Source of the DNA: Nannocystis bainbridge
GTDB lineage: Bacteria; Myxococcota_A; Polyangia; Nannocystales; Nannocystaceae
Length of the DNA stretch: 64,000 nucleotides
NCBI RefSeq assembly: GCF_028368995.1
Contig: NZ_JAQNDL010000002.1
Coordinates: forward strand, 224,001-288,000
Direction: 5' to 3'
The notes beneath the pieces are model-generated. The model made no database searches. It was not told the DNA's origin and saw only the letters and a program-made list of their open reading frames with translations. The first letter of the stretch is position 1. Each line of letters opens with the position of its first letter. Position numbers and translations under genes: made by a program. This document shows positions 47,046-55,893 of the stretch, piece after piece.

Positions 47046-47981
47046 TCAGCGGCCGGCGCCGTGGAAGGTGGTGCGCAGCGCGCCGACGCGGCCCTCGTCG
47101 TTGAGGTCGATCGGCGGGACGGTGTCGTAGGCCTCGTAGAAGGTGTGGGCGCGCAGGTCCTCGGGGATCTCGAGGGCGCGGCGGATCTTGCGGTTGTCGG
47201 GCACGAAGCCGCGGTGGAGCAGGCGCTCGATGGTGGCGCCGATGGTGCCCTGGAGGCCGCAGATCAGGATGCCGACGCGGTCGGGGCGGAAGCCGCCGCG
47301 GCCGAGGCCGAGGCTGTCCTCGAGGACAGACAGACGGTCGGCCAGAAAGAAGTCCTCGGCCCGGCCGACGTGGCCGCTCCAACTGGTCTCCTGCTGCGGC
47401 CGGCTGACCGTCGGCAAGTAGCGCAGGCCGTTGCGCCGGGCCAGCTCCTCGAGCTCGTCGCGGTAGCCGAGGTCCTTGCTGTAGCTGGCGCCGTGGATGA
47501 TGGCCCAGTCGTCCAGCCGCACCGCCGGGTCCTGGTTGACCTTGCTGCGCACCATCGACAAAAACGGCGCCAGGCCGGTGCCGGCGGCCACGCAGACCTT
47601 GACGCGGGCGTCGTGGCCCATGGTGTCCTCGACCGTGAACTTGCCGACCGGGTGCGAACGCAGGAACATGCGGTCGCCGGCGCGGGCCTTCCACAGCAGG
47701 TGCGTCAGCGGGTTGTCCGACTCCGGCTTGTCGACGAAGCGGATGTAGAACTCGACGAGGTCGCGCCGCTCGGGCGCCGAGGCGATCGACATCGGGCGCC
47801 GGACGCCGCCGAGCTCGGGCTTCTCGGTGTTGTTGAGACCGATCGTGAGGTACTGCCCGGGCACGAACCACGAACCCTCACCGGGCAGCGCTTCGTCGGG
47901 ACGGATCCGGAACACCGCGAGGGCGGGGGTGAGGTCCTCGCGCTCGGCGAGGGTGGCGTTGTACGCGAGCTCTTTGGCCAT
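47046..47981 (-). CDS. fpr: Ferredoxin/flavodoxin--NADP+ reductase
   Basis: FVPGQY, RRPMSIAS, AAGTGLAPFLSM, DLGY, YLPTVSR, ICG motifs. Confidence 0.85.
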   Translation of the reverse strand: MAKELAYNATLAEREDLTPALAVFRIRPDEALPGEGSWFVPGQYLTIGLNNTEKPELGGVRRPMSIASAPERRDLVEFYIRFVDKPESDNPLTHLLWKARAGDRMFLRSHPVGKFTVEDTMGHDARVKVCVAAGTGLAPFLSMVRSKVNQDPAVRLDDWAIIHGASYSKDLGYRDELEELARRNGLRYLPTVSRPQQETSWSGHVGRAEDFFLADRLSVLEDSLGLGRGGFRPDRVGILICGLQGTIGATIERLLHRGFVPDNRKIRRALEIPEDLRAHTFYEAYDTVPPIDLNDEGRVGALRTTFHGAGR

Positions 47982-48094
47982 GGTGTGACTTTACCCGGGC
48001 AGTGTGCGGCGGAACAAGCGCCGGGCGTCGGCCGGGAATTCGGCGCCCCGGCCCGCCAGACGGGGAGTTCCGGATTATACGGCAAGGGGCGGGA

Positions 48095-49537
48095 TCAGTC
48101 CGCCTTGAAGGCCCGCACCCAGACGTTGCCGTCCTCGCCGAGCACGTTCACTTGGCCGGACAGGACCAGGAAGTCGGGGCCCCAGGCGGCGTCCCGACCC
48201 TCGTCGTAGAGGTCGATGTCGTCGTTGTTGTAGATGTGCGTCCATTGCCGCGTGCCGTCGCCGGCGTAGAGGGCGCCGAAGACGTCGTTGAACTGCTTCG
48301 GGGCGACGTGGAAGCCGGAGGCGAAGATGCGCTCGTCCGGGCCGACGGCCACGCCGTTGCCGGTGCCGTACAAGAATTCGTGGTCGTAGATGTCGGTCCA
48401 TTGCTCGGCCAGGTCGGGGCCGACGCGCCGCAGGCCGAAGTCGTAGCCGGTGACGCCCTCGGGCCGCCGGCGACCGATGAGGGCGATGTCGCCGGCGGCG
48501 CCGATGGCCTCGGCGTCGTACCAGGCGCCCCCGGGATGATCCTCGACCTCGGCGCTGACGATGGCGCCGCCGTCGTCGACGACCACGAGCAGGGGCCGGG
48601 TCTGGTAATCCTCATCCTGAACGAGCCCCGCGACGAGCACGCCGCCCTCCGTCTTGACGATGGCGTTGCCGCTCGCGTACGCGAAGTCCGCCTGCGTCCC
48701 CGCTTTCCAGTCGGCCTCGCCGGTGGCGAGGTCGTGGCGGCGCACGACCAACTGCGCCGACTTGTCGCTCAGGCTCTCGGCGCCGGTGGAGTAGAGCTTG
48801 CCGCCTTCGAGCAGGAGGCCGGAGATCGTACCGCCCAGCATGTCGGCGGGCGGCTCGATGAACGTCCAGCCCTCGTTGCCGTCGGGGTCGAACGAGCGCA
48901 CCACCGGGGCGTTCACGTCCTTCATCACTTGTTCGGTGCCGGCGGCGTAGATGGTGCCGTCGTCGCCGAGCGCCACGGAGCTGAAGAAGTTCGGCAGCCC
49001 GTTGGCGTCGGGGTAGGTCTTCTTCCACAGCTCGGTGCCGTCGGGGTCGAGGGCGATGAGCAGCATGTCGCTGTCGTTCGGCGCGACGCCCTCGATGCCG
49101 GCGAGGATGATCTTGCCGGTGGGGTCGATGGCGATGGCGTTGATGGTGTCGAACTCGCCGGCCGCGCCGCTGTGGGTGTAGGTCCACAGCACGGCGGCGG
49201 TCTTCTGGCAGCTCTTGTCGCAGCCGTCGTCGGGCTCGTCGTTGCCGTCGTCGCAGACCTCGCTGTCGGCGACGACGCCGTCGCCGCAGACGGCGGGGGC
49301 AGGTTCGGTGGTCGAAGTCGTCGGCTCGCCGGTGGTCGGCGCGACGGTGGTCGGCTCGCCGGTGGTGGTGGTGATTTCCGGATCGGTCGTGCCCGAAGTG
49401 GTCGTCGAGGTCGGATCGCTGTCCGTGCCGGATTGACTGGTGGTTGTGCCGTCCGAGGGGCAGCCGATCAGGAGCCAGGGTCCAAGAGACAGGGCTGTGA
49501 GCCGCGCTGCGCGGCCCGGGAGATATGCGTTGGCCAT
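48095..49537 (-). CDS. Lipoprotein with Thr-rich linker, myxobacterial Cys-rich repeat and beta-propeller domain
   Basis: LLIGC lipobox; CGDGVVADSEVCDDGNDEPDDGCDKSC; repeated ..D.DG.E.W blades. Confidence 0.85.
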   Translation of the reverse strand: MANAYLPGRAARLTALSLGPWLLIGCPSDGTTTSQSGTDSDPTSTTTSGTTDPEITTTTGEPTTVAPTTGEPTTSTTEPAPAVCGDGVVADSEVCDDGNDEPDDGCDKSCQKTAAVLWTYTHSGAAGEFDTINAIAIDPTGKIILAGIEGVAPNDSDMLLIALDPDGTELWKKTYPDANGLPNFFSSVALGDDGTIYAAGTEQVMKDVNAPVVRSFDPDGNEGWTFIEPPADMLGGTISGLLLEGGKLYSTGAESLSDKSAQLVVRRHDLATGEADWKAGTQADFAYASGNAIVKTEGGVLVAGLVQDEDYQTRPLLVVVDDGGAIVSAEVEDHPGGAWYDAEAIGAAGDIALIGRRRPEGVTGYDFGLRRVGPDLAEQWTDIYDHEFLYGTGNGVAVGPDERIFASGFHVAPKQFNDVFGALYAGDGTRQWTHIYNNDDIDLYDEGRDAAWGPDFLVLSGQVNVLGEDGNVWVRAFKAD

Positions 49538-49729
49538 GACTTCATGATCGCACGCCGCAGGGCCTCGGTCAGCAATCGCCGCGTTTGTCGCTTTCCGTCG
49601 CAGTTTGGCGGCACGTCGAAAAATAGTTGGTGGTGCACCGGCCAAATTCCGGTGCTCGCGTCCGCACGCCCGGGGGCGGTCCGCCACAAAGGTTTGACAG
49701 GTGTGCCGCGTTTGGAGGACGCTTCCCGC

Positions 49730-52018
49730 ATGCGACGCGCCTCGCTGTTTGCGCTCTCGGGGATCTTTGTGGGCCTGCCCCTCCGCGCCGCCGCGGCAGA
49801 GCCGCCTCCGCTCCCCGCGGACGCGACGACGCCTCCTGCCAGCGAGACGCCGCCCGCCGATGCCCCGCCGGCGCTGCCGGCCGGCGATCCAGGCGCGGCG
49901 CCTCCGCCCGCGGGGACGGCCGGGGGCGAGGCGAGTGGGGCTGTCTCCGGGGACATGTCCGGAAGTATCAATACGAGCGAGGCGCCGGCGCCCGGGCCCG
50001 AGGCGGAGGTGCCGGCCCCGACGCCGCCGAAGTCGGTCAGCGACAAGCAGCCGGGCATGGTCCAGGGGCGCCGCGAACCGGCGGTCAACAGCCTACGCGG
50101 CGGCCTCGGCCTCTATCACACCACGCTGGCCGACGTCGGCGGCCGGCACACGGTCCGCGTCCGCCTGCACACCGATTTCTTCCGCAAGGAAGGCTTCATC
50201 TACGACAGCAGCGAGCACGGGCCCGACGAGCAGGGCCGGGTGCGCGGCACGGTCAACATCGGCTACAGCCCGTTCAAGTGGGGCGAGGTGTTCCTGGCGG
50301 TGCACAGCCAGGCGTCGCGCAACGCTCGCGCGCAGCCGGGCCGGCAGGACCAGGTCAATCAGTTCGCGCTCGGCGACCTCGATTTCGGCATCAAGGGCGC
50401 GCACCGGTTCGTCAAGGGCGGCGCGATCGGCCTCGGCGGTCAGATGGGCATCGGCCTGCTGTCGGGCACGAGCCGGCTGCTCACCGACAAGGTCAACTTC
50501 AACATCGATTTCCTGTTCACCCTCGATGTCCGCTACCTGACGCAGAAGCAGGTGCCGGTGCGGTTCTCGACCAACATCGGGTGGTTGCTCGACAACTCGA
50601 GCAAGCTGATCGATTTCGGCAAGTTCACCGACCCGACCAGCCGCGAGGTGTCGCGCTTCGCCCTCGGCGTGGCGCCGAGCCGCGTGCGCATGCGCTACGG
50701 CCTCGACTTCCCGGTCCGCCTCGGCAAAGAGGGCAAGTTCGGCCTCGACCCGATCGTCGAGCTCGCGTGGGACGTCGCCACCGCGGAGATGGCGGTGTTC
50801 AAGCAGGAGGGCGCGTCGCCGTCGCCGCTGCCGCGCTCGAGCCTGTGGGGCACCGTCGGCCTGCGCGCCAACGTGATCGCCGGGCTGCACCTCGACGCGG
50901 CGGTCGACATCGGCATGGTGTCGCCCAACTTCGAGTACGGGCCGCCGGTGGCGCCGTGGCAGGTGATCCTCGGCCTCGGCTGGTCGATCGACCCCAACCC
51001 GGTGGTCAAGGAGGTGCCGGCGGCGAGCACCAACGAGCCGCTGCCGCCGCCGGCGGTGGTCGAGGGCCGCGTGGTCGGCCAGGTGCTCGACAACACCGGG
51101 GCGCCGGTCGCGGGGGCCAAGGTGCGATTCCCGGGCGCGGCCAGCAACGCGATCCTGACCGACGACGGCGGCAACTTCACCAGCTACCGGTTCCCCGAGG
51201 GCCAGGTGGCGATCCAGGTCGAGCTGGCCAACAAGGCCACGAAGGACGCGACCGCCGACATCAAGGCCGGCGAGGACACGCAGATCACGATCACGATGGA
51301 CGTCGCCAACACGCCGCCGGTCGGGATCCTCGACGGGGCGTTCACCGACGAGGCAGGCGCGCCGGTGCTGGTGACGCTGTCGGTCTCGGGCAACGGGGTC
51401 GACGAGCCGTTCACGAGCACCGAGGGCGGCCTCATCCGCCTCGAGCTGCCGGCGGGTGATTACTTCGCGATCGCCCGCGCGCCGGGCTTCGAGGAGAAGT
51501 CGCTGCGCTTCACCGTGCAGCCGGGCGAGCAGTTCACGGCGGTCAAGGAGCAGCTGCGCCGGGCGGTGCCGGTCGACACGCCGCTCGTCAGCGGCAAGGG
51601 CAAGAAGCTGCGGCTCAAGAAGGCGATCAAGTACACGTCGGCCAACGGGGTCGACGACAAGAGCGCGCCGCTGGTCGAGCAGCTGGCGGCGTTCCTCAAC
51701 GCGCACCCCGAGTACGAGGAGATCGAGATCGGGGTCCACACCGACGACCGCGGCAACCCGAAGCAGCGCAGCAGCGAGCGCGCCGACGCGGTCCGCAGCG
51801 CGCTGCTGGCCAAGGGCGTGAGCCCCGATCGCGTGACCGCCAACGGCTTCGGCGACAACAGCCCGATCGCGGTGAACCTGACCGCCGCCGGGCGGGCCAA
51901 GAACAACCGCACGTCGATCAAGGTGACCCGCTACAAGGGCGGGGTAGCGGCGTCGACCCCGGCCCCGGCCCCGAAGGCGAAGAAGAAGGCCGAGGAGCCG
52001 GCCGCGCCGCCTCCGTGA
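49730..52018 (+). CDS. OmpA-family outer-membrane protein (beta-barrel-like N-terminus, Ig-like/carboxypeptidase-regulatory-like domains, OmpA C-terminal domain)
   Basis: Signal peptide; GQVLDNTGAPVAGAKV; IEIGVHTDDRG..SSERADAVRSAL..GFGDNSPIA..GRAKNNR. Confidence 0.85.
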   Translation: MRRASLFALSGIFVGLPLRAAAAEPPPLPADATTPPASETPPADAPPALPAGDPGAAPPPAGTAGGEASGAVSGDMSGSINTSEAPAPGPEAEVPAPTPPKSVSDKQPGMVQGRREPAVNSLRGGLGLYHTTLADVGGRHTVRVRLHTDFFRKEGFIYDSSEHGPDEQGRVRGTVNIGYSPFKWGEVFLAVHSQASRNARAQPGRQDQVNQFALGDLDFGIKGAHRFVKGGAIGLGGQMGIGLLSGTSRLLTDKVNFNIDFLFTLDVRYLTQKQVPVRFSTNIGWLLDNSSKLIDFGKFTDPTSREVSRFALGVAPSRVRMRYGLDFPVRLGKEGKFGLDPIVELAWDVATAEMAVFKQEGASPSPLPRSSLWGTVGLRANVIAGLHLDAAVDIGMVSPNFEYGPPVAPWQVILGLGWSIDPNPVVKEVPAASTNEPLPPPAVVEGRVVGQVLDNTGAPVAGAKVRFPGAASNAILTDDGGNFTSYRFPEGQVAIQVELANKATKDATADIKAGEDTQITITMDVANTPPVGILDGAFTDEAGAPVLVTLSVSGNGVDEPFTSTEGGLIRLELPAGDYFAIARAPGFEEKSLRFTVQPGEQFTAVKEQLRRAVPVDTPLVSGKGKKLRLKKAIKYTSANGVDDKSAPLVEQLAAFLNAHPEYEEIEIGVHTDDRGNPKQRSSERADAVRSALLAKGVSPDRVTANGFGDNSPIAVNLTAAGRAKNNRTSIKVTRYKGGVAASTPAPAPKAKKKAEEPAAPPP

Positions 52019-52061
52019 GCGACACGCGCGCGGCTCGTGACCGACGAGCCGCGGGCGCGGC

Positions 52062-52634
52062 TCACGAGCAGGCGCAGGTGCACTCGGGCGGCGGATCGTC
52101 GCCGGCGCACAGCGGCCAGCCGGCCGGGGTGCCGCACAGGCCCTCGCTGGGGCCGGCCATGATCAGCTCGACGGCGCCGTCACAGCCGCGGCGGCCGAAC
52201 ACGCCGAGGCCGATCTGGTCGCACGAGGTCGGGACCGGGCACTTGGGCTCGCCAGGCACGAACACGCAGGTGCGGAACAGTTGGGTGACGTCGCAGGTGC
52301 CGGGGTAGACGGGGACGACGTCCATCCAGCGGCACTCGCCGCCGCCGTGGGCGACGCCGTCGCAGGCGGGGGCGGAGGTCAGGGCGGCGCAGAAGGCTTC
52401 CCCTTCGGACATGTCTCGAGGGACCTGTCCGGAAGTGCCGGTCGGGTCGTCGCCGGTCGTGTCGGTGGCGCCGCCCGTGCCGGTGGTGCCGCCGGTGGTG
52501 CCGTCGCACTCGGGTGGGTCGCCGAACTCGGTCGGCGAGGTGTCGGAGACGACGACGAGCCCGCCCGTGTTGGCGCCGGTGGGCTCCTTGCAGGCGCACA
52601 GGGCGAGGCCGAGGACGAGCGCGGCGCGGGTCAT
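52062..52634 (-). CDS. Cys-rich lipoprotein, hypothetical
   Basis: MTRAALVLGLALCAC lipobox; Thr/Gly linker; Cys-rich C-terminus. Confidence 0.75.
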   Translation of the reverse strand: MTRAALVLGLALCACKEPTGANTGGLVVVSDTSPTEFGDPPECDGTTGGTTGTGGATDTTGDDPTGTSGQVPRDMSEGEAFCAALTSAPACDGVAHGGGECRWMDVVPVYPGTCDVTQLFRTCVFVPGEPKCPVPTSCDQIGLGVFGRRGCDGAVELIMAGPSEGLCGTPAGWPLCAGDDPPPECTCACS

Positions 52635-53061
52635 CGCTCCGAAGGTGTAGACAAGCCCGCGCCCGCGCGGCAAGCGACGAGGCGAGCGCTTGCGCACGCG
52701 CAGACGCCGGGGCCGCGCGCCGAACACGATGCAAAGCGACGACGAACGCGAGCGACGGGGGCGGCCGCGGCGACACGGCGAGGGGAGCGGGCCGCGGGGC
52801 GACAGGCTTCACGGCGGGCAGCCCTGGGCGATCCGCTGGCCGACGCGTCGCGCGGGTCGGGAGGCAGCGGCTTGCGCAGCCCGCTGCCGCCGGGGTCATA
52901 TGGCGTTCAGCTTGCTCCACTGCTGGCTGCCCGCGAGGTCGGCCGGGCGCGACCCGCAGCACCGGGACAGCTCGAGCGTCCGTGGGCGCCTCGGAGAGGA
53001 TGAGTCACGAGGCCCCGGAGGGGGTGACAGCCGGCGACGCGGTCAGCATCGCGACATGTCT

Positions 53062-53592
53062 CTAAGGACATGTCTGGGGCGGGGCCGGCTGGGCGAGGCC
53101 GAGGCGGCGCAGGCCGGCGCACACGAGCACGAGCACGAGCACGGCGGCCTCGACGAGGGCGAGGTCGCGTGGGTCGCGGATCAGGCCGAGGGCGACGATG
53201 AGGGTGGTGGCGCCGGCCGGGGCGTGCTCGGCGTCGAGCAGGACGGTGAGGCCGCCGGTGGCGGCGAGGGCGAAGGTGACGGCGCCGAGGTGGGCGAGAT
53301 CGAGGCGCGTGAGCACGGCCGGGACGTCGGTGACGCCGAACAGGTGCAGCGCCGCGGCGCCGCTGAGGACGGCGACGCCGTGCGCGACGAGCACGCGGCG
53401 CGGATGGTTGGCGGGCGCGGTGGGGGCGACGAAGGCGAGGAAGGCGGTCGGGCCGAGCGAGGGGAACACCCACGGCAAGGCTGTCCAAAAGGCCATGCCC
53501 GAACAGACAGCGATGGCGAGGCCGGCGCCGAGGCTCACGCGCGCGGCGCGGGCGAGGCGCGAGGAGAGCGAGGCGAGCACGAGGGCGAGCAT
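53062..53592 (-). CDS. HPP family membrane protein
   Basis: FPSLGPTAFL, ANHPRRVLVAH, AEHAPAGATTLIVALG. Confidence 0.88.
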   Translation of the reverse strand: MLALVLASLSSRLARAARVSLGAGLAIAVCSGMAFWTALPWVFPSLGPTAFLAFVAPTAPANHPRRVLVAHGVAVLSGAAALHLFGVTDVPAVLTRLDLAHLGAVTFALAATGGLTVLLDAEHAPAGATTLIVALGLIRDPRDLALVEAAVLVLVLVCAGLRRLGLAQPAPPQTCP

Positions 53593-53683
53593 GGCCCGCG
53601 GCCGCCGACAGGGGAAGCGGGGCGGGCCGGGTCCGGCGGGGTCGCCTGCGGCGGGCTCGCCAGCGGGCGATGCGGCGTGGGCG

Positions 53684-54493
53684 TCAAGGACAGGCCGCTT
53701 CGTCGGTCTCGTCGACGCAGTCGACGTGGCCGTCGCAGACCCAGTTCGCCGGGACCTCGAGGCCGTCGTCGCACGCGAAGTAGCAGAGGGCCGTGGCCTC
53801 GTCGGACGCGTCATCGCAGTCGGGCGTGCCGTCGCAGCGGTCGAACGCGGGGATCTGCTGGCCGTCTTCGCACACGAACACGCAGGTCGCCTCGGCCTCG
53901 TCGGACATGTCCTTGCAGTCAGGTTGGCCGTCGCACACGTACTGGGCCGAGATCGTGCCGCCGCCGCTGCACGCGAACGCGGGGCCGCCGTTGCACTGGA
54001 TCGTGAGGGCGCCGACGCTGGCCTTGGCGGCCTTGTCACAGGCGGCGACGGCGTCGGCGTACTGGCCGTTGCAGGTGAAGTAGGCGTCCTCCTGGGCGCA
54101 GCCGAGCGGCTCGAGGCAGCCCTGATAGCCGACGGCTGCGTCGGCGAGGCAGGCGACGTAGGGCGCGTGCAGTGGGTCGGCCTCGAGGTCGCAGACGCAC
54201 GAGGTGTTGGCGGTGGCGACGAGGTCGGCGACGCAGCCGCCGACGTCAGGGTAGGCGCCCGCCTCGACCTCGCACGGACAGCGCAGGTCGGCGGCCGCCT
54301 GGGTGGCGATGGCCTGCTTCTCGCACGCGGGGATCGTCACCGGGGTGGTGGTGGCGGCGGTGGTGGTCGCGTCGGACGCGTCGGTGTCGGTGGTGGTCGC
54401 TTCGGTGGCCGAGGCCGTGGCGCCCGTGCTCGCCTGTTCGTTGGGACAGGCGCACAGCAGGAGCGCGCCCGCGAGCCGCGTTCGAGGCTTCAT
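53684..54493 (-). CDS. Lipoprotein with three LDL-receptor class A-like repeats
   Basis: LLLCAC lipobox; FACSGGGTISAQYVCDGQPDCKDMSDE, FVCEDGQQIPAFDRCDGTPDCDDASDE, FACDDGLEVPANWVCDGHVDCVDETDE. Confidence 0.88.
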   Translation of the reverse strand: MKPRTRLAGALLLCACPNEQASTGATASATEATTTDTDASDATTTAATTTPVTIPACEKQAIATQAAADLRCPCEVEAGAYPDVGGCVADLVATANTSCVCDLEADPLHAPYVACLADAAVGYQGCLEPLGCAQEDAYFTCNGQYADAVAACDKAAKASVGALTIQCNGGPAFACSGGGTISAQYVCDGQPDCKDMSDEAEATCVFVCEDGQQIPAFDRCDGTPDCDDASDEATALCYFACDDGLEVPANWVCDGHVDCVDETDEAACP

Positions 54494-54653
54494 GCCTCGA
54501 AAGTTAGCGCCGGCGCGTGGGGGTCGAGCCGGACCTGACGGCGGACGTGGCGGGCGACACCGGCGCGCTGTGCTGCCGGTCGTGGCGGGCGAAGCGTCGG
54601 CCGCGAGTGGTCGCCGGATCGGTCTCCGCCGGTCGCGCCGGGCGCGAGGGCGC

Positions 54654-54779
54654 GCTTATGTCCCGAGAGACAGGTTCCGGTGCTGCGCGCGAGGTCAAGC
54701 GCCTGTCCCGATGGACATGTGACGGAGCGCGCGCCGGCGCTGTGAGCGAGGTTGAGCGCCTGTCCCGAGGGACAGGTGA
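54654..54779. repeat. Three TGTCC-N4-(G/A)GACA sites; last two form a 57-bp tandem duplication
   Basis: TGTCC-CGAG-AGACA (54659), TGTCC-CGAT-GGACA (54704), TGTCC-CGAG-GGACA (54761). Confidence 0.8.
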
Positions 54780-54786
54780 GGTGGGC

Positions 54787-55518
54787 TCAGGGCGTGGCCG
54801 CGGTCGTGCAGGTCAGGGTGCGGTCGCGCAGGTCGACGGTGGAGACCACCGTGGCCTGGCCGCGGACCACGTCGACCACCACGCCGTCGTACTGGTTGGT
54901 GCACTGGGGCTGGCTGCGCTTGCTGATGACGCGGTAGCCGCCGTCGATGGTGCGCACGCTGTCGTCGCCGCACAGCGGCTGGACGCCGAGCAGGGCGGCG
55001 AGCAGGCGGGCCTCGCCGGGGGTGTCGATGGCGCCGAGCAGCGTGAGCAACTGCGACCGGGTGGCGACCGGGCGCACGTTGGCGCCGGACTGCAGCACGA
55101 GGTAGCGGGCCACCTGCGGGTCGGAGCCGGGGAACAGCGAGGTGCTGGCGACGGTGCTGGCGAGCAGGCGGGCGCAGGCGGGCACGTCGGCGACGGTCTG
55201 ACAGGCGAGGCCGACGCTGGCGAGGGTCTGCGACTGCTGGAAGCGGACGCCGGTGTCGGTCTGCTTCAGCACGGTCTCGCGCAGCAGGGCGTGCTCGAAG
55301 CGCACGTTGGTGTGGGTCGGCTCGAGGCCGGCGAGGAGCTGCTCGTGGCTGCAGATCGGGGCGCTGTAGGCGGGGCTGCCGGGCGGGAGCGCGGGATCGT
55401 CCGAGACGGGCGCGGGGTCGCTCGTGGCCGGCGCGCGGGGCGGAGAGCGGTCGCACGCGAACGCGGACCCGGCGGCGACGGCGACGGTGAGGACGGCGCG
55501 GAGACGAACGGCTGGCAC
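54787..55518 (-). CDS. Hypothetical lipoprotein
   Basis: GTG start, VLTVAVAAGSAFAC lipobox-like segment; LLTLLGAIDTPGEARL motif; GC3-biased frame. Confidence 0.7.
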   Translation of the reverse strand: MPAVRLRAVLTVAVAAGSAFACDRSPPRAPATSDPAPVSDDPALPPGSPAYSAPICSHEQLLAGLEPTHTNVRFEHALLRETVLKQTDTGVRFQQSQTLASVGLACQTVADVPACARLLASTVASTSLFPGSDPQVARYLVLQSGANVRPVATRSQLLTLLGAIDTPGEARLLAALLGVQPLCGDDSVRTIDGGYRVISKRSQPQCTNQYDGVVVDVVRGQATVVSTVDLRDRTLTCTTAATP

Positions 55519-55893
55519 GGGGCCGAGGATACTACGCGGGCCGAACAGTGCGGAAGAAGCGGCCCGATCGGGCTTCACCCGCACGGACCTCCGCCCGCAC
55601 GAGGTCGGGTCGACGCAGCGAAGATGGCCGCGGCACCGCTCAAAACGCCGCTCGGAGGCCGATCGCGCGGTTCGCCTCGCGCGGCCGTCCGCGGCGTCGA
55701 TGGGCTCGCGGACGACCATGCGGAGGTCAGGCCGGGAGGCGTGCCTGGCGAAAAGACCACGTCAGGCCGGCGATCGAGGCGGGGCGCGAGGGCTGGCCCT
55801 TGGGTCAGGGTCGGTCGGCGTTACCGCGCCTGCGGGCAGGTCGAGTTGACGCGCTCGCGTGGGTCGCGCGCGCGGGCTCGTCGCTCGCGGCGC

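Noticed and set aside
48002-49729. 1338-aa version of the OmpA ORF
   Set aside because: The first ~576 codons are antisense to the Cys-rich lipoprotein; the signal peptide starts at 49730.
52635-53050. Possible small gene in the ~420-bp gap (also 55519-55893)
   Set aside because: Candidate ORFs are Arg/Pro-rich without GC3 periodicity or motifs, so no call is supportable.
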